In this document: piece after piece, positions 15,201-25,864 of the stretch
How the letters are laid out: each line of letters opens with the position of its first letter
Position numbering within the stretch: position 1 is the stretch's first letter
Origin: an uncultured Actinomycetota bacterium
GTDB lineage: Bacteria > Actinomycetota > Actinomycetes > JAFAQI01
Assembly: GCA_963770565.1 (NCBI GenBank)
Contig: CAVYQE010000002.1
Span: 352,001 to 416,000, forward strand
Direction of reading: 5' to 3'
Length of the DNA stretch: 64,000 nucleotides
Translations under genes and position numbers: made by a program
Notes under the pieces: model-generated
The model's database searches: none
What the model was told of the DNA's origin: nothing
The model's input: only the letters and a program-made list of their open reading frames with translations

Positions 15201-18173
15201 TCACCCCAGCGCGGGCGCGAGAGCGATCGCCCACTGCGCCGCTGCCGTGCTCCTTCGTTTCGACCACGCCGACCCGAGCACGCAGGTCCCGGCGCAGGGC
15301 TTGCCGGTGTCGGCGAGCAGGATCCCGACCGCCGGACGTCGGGCGCTGTGGATGCCGACGCGGCGCTTGAGGCCCTTCGGCGTGACCCACGAGGCTGGTC
15401 TCGACCCGACGGTCGACCACAGGCCGACCACCCAGGTGCCCGTCGTCAGTCGGTGCAAGCTCGGTGCACGATGGCGCCTCGACGCCAACCCGGTCGACAC
15501 TGCGGACATCTCGATCGGATGCACCGAAGTGTTGCGGTAGCCGGCCAGGACCAGGCTCGAGTGGACCCGCTGCGCGTAGCGGACGGTCACCACGCGGCCG
15601 GCATCGGATGCGGTGGCCACCCGCTCGTAGACGACCGTGGTGAGCGCGTGTTGCTTCGTCTCACGGATCATCGTCCAGCCGCTCGGGCGGATCACTTTCT
15701 TGTTCGATGCGAACGAGTCGAACATCAGCAAGGCCTCGCCCGGCTTAATGGTCACGGGCACCTTGATCCGCGCCTTGGTGCCGGTCGACGTGACCTTCGA
15801 GGCGCCGACGAAGGCGACCTTCTCGATCGGCCGCGCGATCTCGATCGTCTGGCTCGTGGTCGCGCTCGCCCCGGCCGTGACCTCTACGGTCAACGTCGCC
15901 TTGTGAGTGCCATCGGTGGTGTAGGTATGGGTGGTCGAGGAGAAGGGTGAAAGCGCTTGCGCGGTGCCGTCGCCGAAGTCCCACCCGTAGCGGACCACTC
16001 CGCCGTCGGGGTCCAGATACGGCATCGCGTCGAACGAGCACGTCGCGATCCCATTGCAGGTGGCGGTGAACTCCGCGGTCGGCGTTGCCACCGGCGCATC
16101 CGACTGTGCCAGCAGGAGCAGCCCTCGGCTTGCCCAGTCCGTCGCCGCATCGACCAACGTCGGGACGCCTGCGGGCTTCAGGCCCGACCAAGGAACCGCC
16201 CAGAGCTCCCCATTCGCGCGGCTCGCGTAGTACAACTTTCCGCTGGCGAGGAACGCACCGGCAACATCGGACCAGTTGTTGGTGCCTGAGACGGTGAACT
16301 CGTCGGCGCCGACGATGCCCGACTCGGGCTCGAACCAGCGCCAATGCATGGCGCTCTTGCCGGCGAGTGTGTAGAAGAGACGACCGTCCCTGAAGAACAT
16401 GGACGTGACAGACGGGATCTCAGCCGCGAACGTGGACGGCTGTCCTTGGTAGGTCTGACCGGACCCGGTCTGCACATCGTCCCAGAGCGGATCGTCGTAT
16501 GGATCGAGCTGGACCTCGTCACCGAAGGTACTGCCGTCGAAGCTGCGCTCGTACAGACTCCCGTCCGGCTTGCCGTAGATCACTTCGCCGTCAACGGTGA
16601 ACGCGCCGTCGACGGAGCCCAATGGCAGGCCGCTCGACACCGGCTCCTCGGCCCCGAGGGTGACACCGTTGAACTCCCGGTAGATCAACCGATCCGGATC
16701 TGCGGTGTACGTCGAGGCAGTTCCGGCCAGATAGACCCGGCCGGGCAGTGGCGCAGTCGACGCGTCCGGCACGGCCACCCCGCCGGCGAGCGGGAAGAAG
16801 GCTACGCGTTCGCGAAGATAGGTCCGATTACCGATGTAGTCGGTGTCGCTGCCGATCCAGAGTCCCGCAGGTGTGGCGAGCAGCGCGAAGCACCCGGCAC
16901 CGCGCGGCTCACGCCCTGGGTTCCAGCTCAGCGGCAGCCCGTTGCTCGGGCTCAACGCCGCGATACCGGGGCGAGGCACCGCGCCAGGGCCCGCCTGGTT
17001 CTGGCCGAGGGAGTTGTTCAGCCAGCGCTCATGCCCACCGACGTAGATCGCCGTGCCGGTCAGGGCGACCGTCCAGAGCGAGTCCTCGCCGGTGTAGTCG
17101 ATCCAGGTCGGCCGGACGTTCGCGCCGCTGGCGTTCGTCTCGTAGCGCGCGGCCGCGTCGCACGACGACTTCGTCCCGTCACGATTGGTGCCGATCCCAC
17201 CAGTCGCGGTCACGACGAAGTACCCGCCGTCCGGTGAGAACTGCACGTCGCGGACGTAGCTGTCGAACGAGTGCGCGAGGCAGGGGCTCGTATAAGCGAG
17301 GGTCGCCCAGCTCGCATCGACGGTTGCGGAGGGCGTGCCGAGGTTGAGCATCGCGATCTGGTCGCGGCTGAAGCCGGCGACCTCGGTGAAGTCGCCGATG
17401 ACCACCAGGTGGGTGCCGGCTGGGTTCACGTCGATCGCTTTGACGCCGACTCGCCCGGTCGCACACTTGCTCGTGTCGGGATCGCACTGAGAGCCGTAGT
17501 TGTGGTGCCCGGTGAACGAGAAGTTCACGTAGGACGTTGCATGTCCGGTCGCCGGGTCAAGCGCCACCAGCCCGCCGTGCCGATCAGCCCCGGCCTTGGT
17601 GAAGGTCCCGGCGACGAAGAGGTGGCCGCCGGCGAGCACGAGCCGGCTGACCGAACCGTTGAGGGCCGACGGATGCCAGGTCGGGACCAGCTGCCCGGTC
17701 CTCGTGCTGACCAGCGCGACCGCCATCGGCCGGCCGTCGACGGTCGTGAACTTCCCGCCGAGATAGACCTCGTCGGGTGCCGGCCCGGCGATGGCCGTGT
17801 CGACCTCGCCGTTGACGCTCGGGAGGTAGCCGGTCGTGTCCAGATCCCCGGTCGTCGCGTCGAACGCCAGGGTGTTTGCGAGCGGGTAGGTAGTGCTGAG
17901 ATCCCCGGCGGGACTCACCGAGGTGAAGGTCCCGCCGAGGATGATCTCGTCGCCTACCTGCGCAATTGCGTTTACTCTGCCGTCGTTGACGTCCGGCGTC
18001 TGTGGTGCCGGCACCGGGCTGACCAGGGTCGCCTGGCTCGCTTGCACCGCCGCCGCGGGTAGCGCCGAGAGGGCGGCGGAGCCCACCGCCGCAACCACCG
18101 CGAGACCGGCGATGAACGGCAGGTGAACGGTGAATGCGCGGGAACGCGGTACGAGGCTCCCGCGCATCACCAC
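15201..18173 (-). CDS. Large secreted beta-propeller + PKD-domain surface protein with basic C-terminal domain
   Basis: Signal peptide, xGGxFT propeller repeats, YVRDVQFSPDG, YVGGHERW, WNPGR, PKD (CSFDA..DPDG..YGWDFGDG..HTY...TLTV). Confidence 0.85.
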   Translation of the reverse strand: MVMRGSLVPRSRAFTVHLPFIAGLAVVAAVGSAALSALPAAAVQASQATLVSPVPAPQTPDVNDGRVNAIAQVGDEIILGGTFTSVSPAGDLSTTYPLANTLAFDATTGDLDTTGYLPSVNGEVDTAIAGPAPDEVYLGGKFTTVDGRPMAVALVSTRTGQLVPTWHPSALNGSVSRLVLAGGHLFVAGTFTKAGADRHGGLVALDPATGHATSYVNFSFTGHHNYGSQCDPDTSKCATGRVGVKAIDVNPAGTHLVVIGDFTEVAGFSRDQIAMLNLGTPSATVDASWATLAYTSPCLAHSFDSYVRDVQFSPDGGYFVVTATGGIGTNRDGTKSSCDAAARYETNASGANVRPTWIDYTGEDSLWTVALTGTAIYVGGHERWLNNSLGQNQAGPGAVPRPGIAALSPSNGLPLSWNPGREPRGAGCFALLATPAGLWIGSDTDYIGNRTYLRERVAFFPLAGGVAVPDASTAPLPGRVYLAGTASTYTADPDRLIYREFNGVTLGAEEPVSSGLPLGSVDGAFTVDGEVIYGKPDGSLYERSFDGSTFGDEVQLDPYDDPLWDDVQTGSGQTYQGQPSTFAAEIPSVTSMFFRDGRLFYTLAGKSAMHWRWFEPESGIVGADEFTVSGTNNWSDVAGAFLASGKLYYASRANGELWAVPWSGLKPAGVPTLVDAATDWASRGLLLLAQSDAPVATPTAEFTATCNGIATCSFDAMPYLDPDGGVVRYGWDFGDGTAQALSPFSSTTHTYTTDGTHKATLTVEVTAGASATTSQTIEIARPIEKVAFVGASKVTSTGTKARIKVPVTIKPGEALLMFDSFASNKKVIRPSGWTMIRETKQHALTTVVYERVATASDAGRVVTVRYAQRVHSSLVLAGYRNTSVHPIEMSAVSTGLASRRHRAPSLHRLTTGTWVVGLWSTVGSRPASWVTPKGLKRRVGIHSARRPAVGILLADTGKPCAGTCVLGSAWSKRRSTAAAQWAIALAPALG

Positions 18174-18215
18174 TCCCTAGATGCAGTCCCCCTGCCGGCG
18201 GCTACTTAGTCCCGA

Positions 18216-21200
18216 TCAGGACGAGGGTGCGAGCGCGACGGTCCACTGAACCGCCGAGCCGCTCGACACGTTCGTCATCGCCGTCTGACCAGGGTACTGC
18301 CGCTCACTGCTCCATTCGAGTCACCGATCGCCGCGCTGATCGCCCCGTTGCCGGAGCCGTAGACCGGCAGCCCCCGCTTGGTCACAGCACCTGGCAGCGT
18401 CCACGCAGTGGTGGTCGAGGACTTGTCGGTCCAGTACGACACCACCCAGCTTCCGCTCGCCAGCCCCGACACCGCGGGCGCGGCGTGCGAGAAACCGGTC
18501 GACGTCGCTGACGCGCTGGTCTCGATCGGCGAGGCCGCCGTGTTCGAGTAGTCAGCGATTGTGATACTCGCCTTGACCGAGCCGGACAGTGTCACCGATG
18601 GGCTCGACCCGAGGTCCCCCGCCGTCGCCGTCTTCTCGTACACGATGGTCGAGAGGTTGCTCGCCGACTGGCTCGCGGCCTTGATCCAGCCGGTCGGTGT
18701 CGTCGCCGTGATGGTCGTCGATGCGTAGGACACGAACATCAACAACGTGTCGCCCGCCGCGGCGGCGCCCGGCACCAGCACCGTGGGAGCGGACGTGGTG
18801 CCGTCGGCGGCGTTCGTGCCGCCGAACCCGATGTTCTGCACCGGGCCGGAGACCGTTACCGCATGCGTCACCGAGGTCGTCGCGTTGTTGTTGTCCGTGA
18901 CCGTCAGCGTCACGTTGTACGTCCCCGGCACGGCGTACTGGTACGACGTCGTCGGCGACCCACTTGCGGCCTGGGAGTTCCCGTCCCCGAAGTCCCACGC
19001 CCACGTGCTGACGGTTCCGTCCGGGTCATACGAGCCGGAGCCGTCGAGCGAGCAGGTGAGGGTCGTGTCGCAGCTGGACGTGAACGCCGCGACCGGCGGC
19101 GCGTTGGTCGTGCCCAGCGGCGCGAGGATGATCGTCCACTCCACGCCCTTGCCGCTCGTACCCGGGCTCGACTTGGCCAGGAGGCCGCCGTACGGACCAC
19201 TGTTGACCGTGGATCCGGAATGGGCGAGAAGCGACGTCACATAGGCGTTGCCCGTGTCGAACGACGTCGCATCCGCTGTGACCGAACCCGGCGGGGCCCA
19301 GGCCGTCGTGGTCGAGGACTTGTCCGCCCAGAAGGACACCGCAAGGCTTCCGTCATTGACCACGGAGGTCGTCGGCGTCGTGTGAGACGCCGTGCTGGAG
19401 TCGGTCGCCTTGGCGAAGGCCTCGATGGTGTGCGAGTCCGCACCCGTGTAGTCGGCCAGCGTCACGGAGTTCTTCGTCTTGCCGCTGAACGTCACCGTCC
19501 ACGTCGAGCCGATGTCGCTCGGTGTCGCGGTCCGGTAGTAGACGTCCGACTCGAGCGGGCTGTTCGCGTCCTTCGCGAGCAGAGTCCAGCCGGTCGGTAC
19601 GGATGCGCTGACCGTCGAGCTGGTCGGCCAGGTGACGAACATCAGCAGCGCGTCACCCCTCGCCGTACCGGATGGCACGCCGACCACCGTGGTCGAGTTG
19701 CTGCCGCACGTCCCGGTGCCCGGGCCGCACGCCGTCGTTGCACTGACGAAGGTCGGAACCGGCGCCGTCTCGCCAGCCGTGACGTTCTCGGTCTGGGTGT
19801 CCGTCGCCCCGTCGTTGTCCGTGACGGTCAGGGTCACCGTGTACTTGCCCGGGTTCGGGAAGGTGTGCGAGAACGGCGTGCCATCGGTGTGGTGCTCCGA
19901 CGAACCGTCGCCGAAGTCCCAGGCGTAGTCGGTGATGTTGCCATCCGGGTCGATCGATGCGGTCGCGTCGAAGGTGCACGCGTTGCTCGTCGATGAGCAC
20001 GACGGAGTGAAAGCCGCAACCGGTGGCTTGTTCGGGTTGGTCGCATCCGCGAGCATGAAGATCCCGCGACTCGCCCAGTCCTGCGACGCGTCCGCCACGC
20101 TCGAGGAGCCGGTCGCCTGCGTGCCGTTCCAGCCGATCGAGTACAGCTCGCCGGTTCCACGGTCGGCGAAGTAGAGCGTGCTGCCCGACAGGAACGCGCC
20201 GGCTGTATCGGACCAGTTGTTGCCGTCGTTCACGCTGAACTCGTCCGATCCGACGATGCCGTCGTCCGGCTCGAACCAGCGCCAGAACATCGTCGGGTTA
20301 CCGGCCAGCGTGTAGTAGATCCGCCCGCTGGTGAAGAACATCGAGGTCACGGACGGGATCTCGGCCCCGAAGGTCGACTCTGCGCCGAGGTAGTTCTGAC
20401 CGGAGCCCGTGCTGATGTTCTCCCAGTATGGGTCCGCCCAGGGGTCGAGCAAGACCTCGGAACCGAACGTCGAACCGTTGAACGTGCGCTCGTAGAGGTT
20501 GCCGTCCGTCTTGCCGTAGACGAGCTCGCCGTTGACCGTGAACGCGCCGCGGATCGAGCCCCACGAGATGCCGGTCGACAGGTTCTGCTCGGAGCCCGCA
20601 GTGGTGCCGTCGAAGTGCCGGTAGCTGAACCGGTCAACGTTGGTGCTCGGCAGGATCGGGGTCGCCCCGTCCTGATCCACCTCGAGGCCGTTGACGACGG
20701 CGTTGTCGGCCGGGCCGTTGGTGTACGCCACCGTGACCATGCCACTGGCCGGCGCCGTGACGTTGAACGACTTCATCTCGCCGACCAGGTTTCCGACGTC
20801 GTTCACGATGTCGTAGTTGGACAGCACGGGATTGCCGTCGATCGCCACGTTGAAGATCCGCTGACCTGGGCTGGCCGTACAACCGCAGTTGTTGGCCATG
20901 AACAGGTTGACGGTCACAGGTGTGCCCGACGCCACCGGGAAGCTGTAGGTCTGCGGCGCCCAGCGTTCGGTCGAGAAGATGTCCGCGGGCACGTACGACG
21001 GAACCGTCGAGCCGACCGTGCCGCCCCATGGCTGGCCCCAGTTGGCCACGTTGCCACCGGAACGCAGCGGGCCGCCGGTGCCGACGGTGTCGGAGTCGTC
21101 CTCGAGCCAGTTCGCAGGCTGGCCGTCGGTCGCGTCGATCTCGCCGCCACCCGCGTGGACCCGGTAGATCGGAACCGGGTTGGTGAAGTTGGTCGGGCCG

Positions 21201-23094
21201 GACTGCTTGACGATCTCGATGCCGTCGATGAGCGGGTTCTCCACGACGTGGGAGAACTCGATCGTGACCTCGCCGTCGCTGGTGAGCGTCTATGTCCTTC
21301 ATGGTCCCGGTCTGGTCGCCGGCAGTCGCAACGATGTCGAAGTTGTTAAGGAACGACTGGCCGTCGACGTGACGTTGAAGACCCGCTGGCCGACTGGCTC
21401 GTACAGCTATAGCGGTTGGCGAAGTACAGCCGTACGTCGACCACGTCGCCGGCGGGAACCGGGAAGGTCCAGTCGCAGGTCTGCCGTTGACGCCGACATT
21501 GTTGCCCGGGTCCCAGCGCTCGGTGTCGAAGATCGCAGGCGGCGTGAGGCCGGCACGGTGCCGTCGACGTTGGTGATCGGGGACCAGCCGCGGCGTTGCT
21601 GCCCGAGTTGCGGTACGGCGACGGGTCGGAAGTGTCGCCCTGCCAGTCGGGGCCACCGTCCATCGACGGAATCGTCGGGCCACCGGCGTCGACGCGGTAG
21701 AGCACATTCGTGCTACCCGGCGTCGGGTAGTGCACCGGCCGTGTAGACCCGGCCCGGCAGGGTCGGCGTCGCGTCTGACGGCAGCGTCGCGCCACCGGCG
21801 AAGGGGAAGAAGGCGATCTTCTGGCGCAGGTATGCGTAGTTGCCGATGTAGTCGGTGTCGCTGCCGACCCAGATTCCGGCGGGGTGGCTAGACAGTCGGC
21901 GCCGTGGCCGCGCGGGTTCCGGCCCGGGTTCCAGGCGAGCGGCACGCCGTTGGCCGGGTCAGCGCTGCGAGACCCGGACGGGGCACCGCGCCCGCGCCGC
22001 GTGTCGACGCCGTACGGGTTGTTCAGCCAGCGCTGGTGGCCACCGACGTAGACCGCGTCCGGTGACGGCGACCGAGTACAGCGAGTCGTGGCCGGTGAAG
22101 TCGATCCAGGTCGGCGCACGTCCGCGCCCTGGCCAGGGGTTTCGAAGCGGCTGCGGCGTCACAGGACGAGGTCCCGTCGTGTTCGGCCATACCGCCCGTC
22201 GCCGCGACCACGAAGTACGAGCCGTCCGGGGACCACCGGACATCGCGCACGTACGAGTCGAACGCCGAGCTGAAGCAGCGGCGGTGTAGGCGTTGGTCTT
22301 CCAGTTCGGGTCGACGGTCGCCGAAGTGGAGCCGAGGATGATGTTGGCGATCTGGTCACGCGGCAGCGAGGTGCCGCCGGCGGGCCGACACCGGTGAAGT
22401 TGCCGACGATGATCATCTGGGTGCCGGCTGGGTCGATATCCATCGCTTGACCCCGACGCGGCGACGCGCATGACGTTGAGTCGGGACGCACGCGTCCCTA
22501 GTTGTGGTGTCCGGTGAGGAAAGACCGACGTAGTGGTGAGCGCGCCGGTGCTCGGGTTGATCGACGAGACCGTCGTCGGAGCCGTGAAGTGCCGGCCACA
22601 AACAGCCGGCTGTTGGCCAGGGCCAGTCGCATGATTGCGTTCAGTGACGGGCTGAAGGTGGTGACGCGCGCGCCGGTGCTGGGGTTGAGGCGAGCGCGAC
22701 GCGCTCCTCACCCCGGACGTGAAGGCCGCCGACGTGACGCCGTTGGCGGCCGGCCCCGAGATCGCGTCGACCTCACCGTTGACCACGGGCGGGAACGCGT
22801 GGCGAGCGCCCCCGTCGAGGCGTTGAACGCGAAGAGGTAATTGAGGCTGTAGACCGTGCCCGGAGTCGCGTGCGGGCTCACCGAAGTGAACGAGCCACCA
22901 GCGAGCATCTGGCCGCCGACCTGGGCGATCGCCATGACGGCGCCGTTGTTGACGTCCGGCGTAGTGGTGGCGGGGACGGCATTGACGACAGTTGACTGTG
23001 CCGCCTGAACCGCTTGGGCGGGAGCCGCGAGCCCTACTATTCCGCCGAACGCCAACGCGAACACACACAAGGATGCGACGCGACTTCTGATCAT
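18216..23094 (-). CDS. Giant secreted propeller + 2 malectin + 2 PKD surface protein (many frameshifts; paralogue of 15201-18173)
   Basis: Starts [12 protein letters not shown]...AQAVQAAQ; fragments align with the downstream paralogue. Malectin motifs ([37 protein letters not shown]) and two WDFGDG PKD domains. A shifted frame ends ...[13 protein letters not shown] at 18216. Confidence 0.8.
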
Positions 23095-23380
23095 CTCGCT
23101 GCCTTTCCAACCCACGGTACCCGCCCTCGACCGCACCCACGCGCGATCAGCCCCCCATTGCGACCGGGCGTTGATCGATGCGCGGATGCAGCCGTCCCCG
23201 AACGTCCGGTTAGGCGGATGCGCATACGATGTCACCTCGTTCGCCGTGGGCCAGCGACTCACCACCAACGCGCGGCTGCGTCAGCGGTGGACCGACGATA
23301 ACAACGGACCAGACAGCGCGAGGTGGGTTTCCAGAACTCGGAGGTGAATCACCCGATTGGACGATCAAGTCCGGGCGTGA

Positions 23381-25634
23381 TCACGAGGCGGCGGCGTCGC
23401 CATCCGTGACCGACGGGTCCTTGGCCGAGCTGACGAAGGCGGTTCGCGGGGTCGGGCTGCCCGGAGTTGTTGTAGGCGACCTCGAAGTCACCTTGCGGGC
23501 CGGTGCTGTCGTACACCGAGAGCAGCTTGAGGTTCGGATACTCGTTGCTGTCGAGGTCTGCCTTGATACCGGTGAAGTAGGTGTCATGAACTGATGCCAC
23601 GGTCGCATTTGTACCGAATTCGCCGATCCCCCACGGCTTCGACAGGTAGTCGTGGGTCGAGTCCGACTCCGAGGTGAGCAGGTTGTAGAAGTGCGACGTC
23701 GAGGCGGTGAAGGTCGAGGAGTTGCCGTAGGAGTAGGACTCGAAGAGCACCCAGTCCACCAGGCTGTTTCCGGGCCAGAAGATCGTCGACCATGCAGTCC
23801 CAGGTCGGGTAGTTCATGTAGTTCATCACCCACACCACATTGGTCACACCGAGCGCGTTGAAGCGCGCCTCGACGTTGGCCCACATGGCGCGGTAGTCGG
23901 CCGGTGTGCCGGCGCTGCCCTTGTAGATCGGCTTCGAGCAGCCGCTGGCCCCGCCGCTGACGTCGTTCTCCGGCTCATGGAACAGCGTGAGGAAGATCTT
24001 CGTCGAGCCCAACGACTTGATGCTGTTGGCCATCGCATCGATTTGAGCGTTGACGGTGGCGTTGCCGCCGTTCGCGTCTGCCCAGACATTGGCGGGCTTC
24101 CAGTTCAGTTGAAGAAGCGCTCCCGGCGTCTTCGCCAGCTCGATGTCGGACGGCGAAAGGACCTGCCCCGGCCGGCGATAGTCGTGATCCAGCACGAGAT
24201 GAACGCCTGTCCCGCTCCGGCATCGTTGTACTCGCTCATGATGTCGCCGCCGCCCCAGCGGTTGAAGATGCCGCCGAACAGCACGCCGCAACTTGGGACC
24301 AGCATCGAGGACAACGTGCAGGTCTTACCGCTCTGCGTAGGCGTGGGCGCCGGAGTCGGGGTGGGGGTGGGGGTCGCCGTCGGGCTGGGCGTCGGGGTTG
24401 GCGTCGGCGTCGGGGTCGGCGGGTCGGGGTCGGCGTCGGGCGTCGGGCGTCGGGGTTGGCGTCGGCGTCGGCGTCGGCGTCGGGGTTGGCGTCGGCGTCG
24501 GGGTCGGAGCGTCGGGGTTGGCGTCGGGCGTCGGGGTCGGCGTCGGCGTCGGCGTCGGGCTCGGGGACGTCGGGGTCGGCGTCGGGGTCGGAGTCGACGG
24601 AGTGGGAGTCGGTGATGGGGGACGTGGAGGTGGGGGTCGGCGTGGGCGTCGGGGAATCCGAAGGAGTCGGCGACCCGGGCGGCGACGGTGTCGGGCTCGG
24701 CGAGGTCGGGGTCGGGGTCGGGCTCGGCGAGGTCGGGGTCGTGTCGGGGTCGGCGTCGGGCTCGGCGAGGTCGGGTGGTCGGCGTGGGGATCCAAGGAGT
24801 CGGCGACCCGGTCGGCGACGGTGTCGGGCTCGGCGAGGTGGGGTCGGAGTCGGGCTCGGCGAGGTCGGTGTCGGTGGTCGGGGTCGGCAACGGACCGCCG
24901 CCCGTTCCGACAACCACCGGGTATACGTATGAAACAGTCAGAACTGGTGCGTGAGCGTCCTCGCGTGACTGAAATCGGACAACCCGGTTGCGGGTTTGCG
25001 CACTCAGCGCGAAACCGTACAAACCGTTACCGGTAATACCGTGGGAAAGAGTGAATCGTACGTTTTTGTCCCCCGGCCGCGCATATCCCGCGGCGAGCTG
25101 GGGGCCCATCCGAGGGGCGCGCCGCTCGACGAGCGTGCGCTGGTTCCAGGACCGTGGATTCACCCTGTGCAACACCAACCGGGTGCTGGGGAGGCGGTGG
25201 CGATCTCGGGTGAAGGAGACCGTCACGCGAGTGACGGACGCGGTGCTGGGCAGGCCTCGCACCCTGAACTTGACGAACGCGACCTTGCGGTGGTGCCGCA
25301 TGTCGGTCGCCAACAGCCGGTGCACGTGTCCGTGCCGCGCGTTCGGGGCCGCGGCGGAGGTGTAACTGTCCGATATATCCCTGGTAATCCTGTTCTGGTG
25401 CACCATGCGAATAATCCGCCGATGGTGCTCGGCCCGATGCGCGACGCTGGCCGAGACCTTGTGCGCCGAGTGTGGGGCCGACAGCACCTTTGCCATCGCG
25501 AACGGGGATCCAACGGTGAACACAGCGAGGCAGGAGATGAGCGCAAGCACACCGAGGTTCAGCCGCCGAGCCGCGCCGTGGTTGCCCCGCGCCTTTGGCA
25601 CTCGTTGCTTCGCGTGCCGGCCCCTGCTGGCCAT
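23381..25634 (-). CDS. Secreted DNRLRE/CBM96-like + Pro/Thr linker + GH26-like glycoside hydrolase (frameshifted)
   Basis: N-terminal TM; DSYTS..PN..G, AFVKF, FQSRED..PVLTVSY; PT repeat; CTLSSMLVPSCG; FLTLFHEPE, NVVWVMNYM, WGIGEFG. Confidence 0.75.
24340..24890. repeat. Low-complexity Pro-Thr/Ser-Pro coding tandem repeat (6-nt period GGCGTC/GGGGTC, plus repeated GTCGGGCTCGGCGAGGT units)
   Basis: Directly visible; encodes (PT)n and TSPSPTP repeats on the minus strand. Confidence 0.92.
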
Positions 25635-25864
25635 CGTTACCCTCACTGCTCGGCTCTGCACTACCTGTAGTGACTAGTTCGACCGCACATTCGGGTGGCT
25701 TAAGGCTCACCCGCTTGCTGTCTGTCGGATCACCCATACGGCGCAGACGGCTACGCCCGAACAGCCCTAATTGCCCGTTAAGCTCGACAATTGGCCGCCA
25801 ACGGACGAAGCGCCGGTTACTCTGATCCGAACTGCGGGGACGACGGAGTGAGGCGCTCGACACC

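Noticed and set aside
23095-23380. Riboswitch (e.g. c-di-AMP) in the long leader of the giant surface-protein gene
   Set aside because: Only weak GC hairpins and no consensus I recognise; an Rfam/Infernal scan would be needed.
24340-24890. CRISPR array or non-coding satellite
   Set aside because: No unique spacers and no cas genes; the 6-nt period encodes a Pro/Thr linker.
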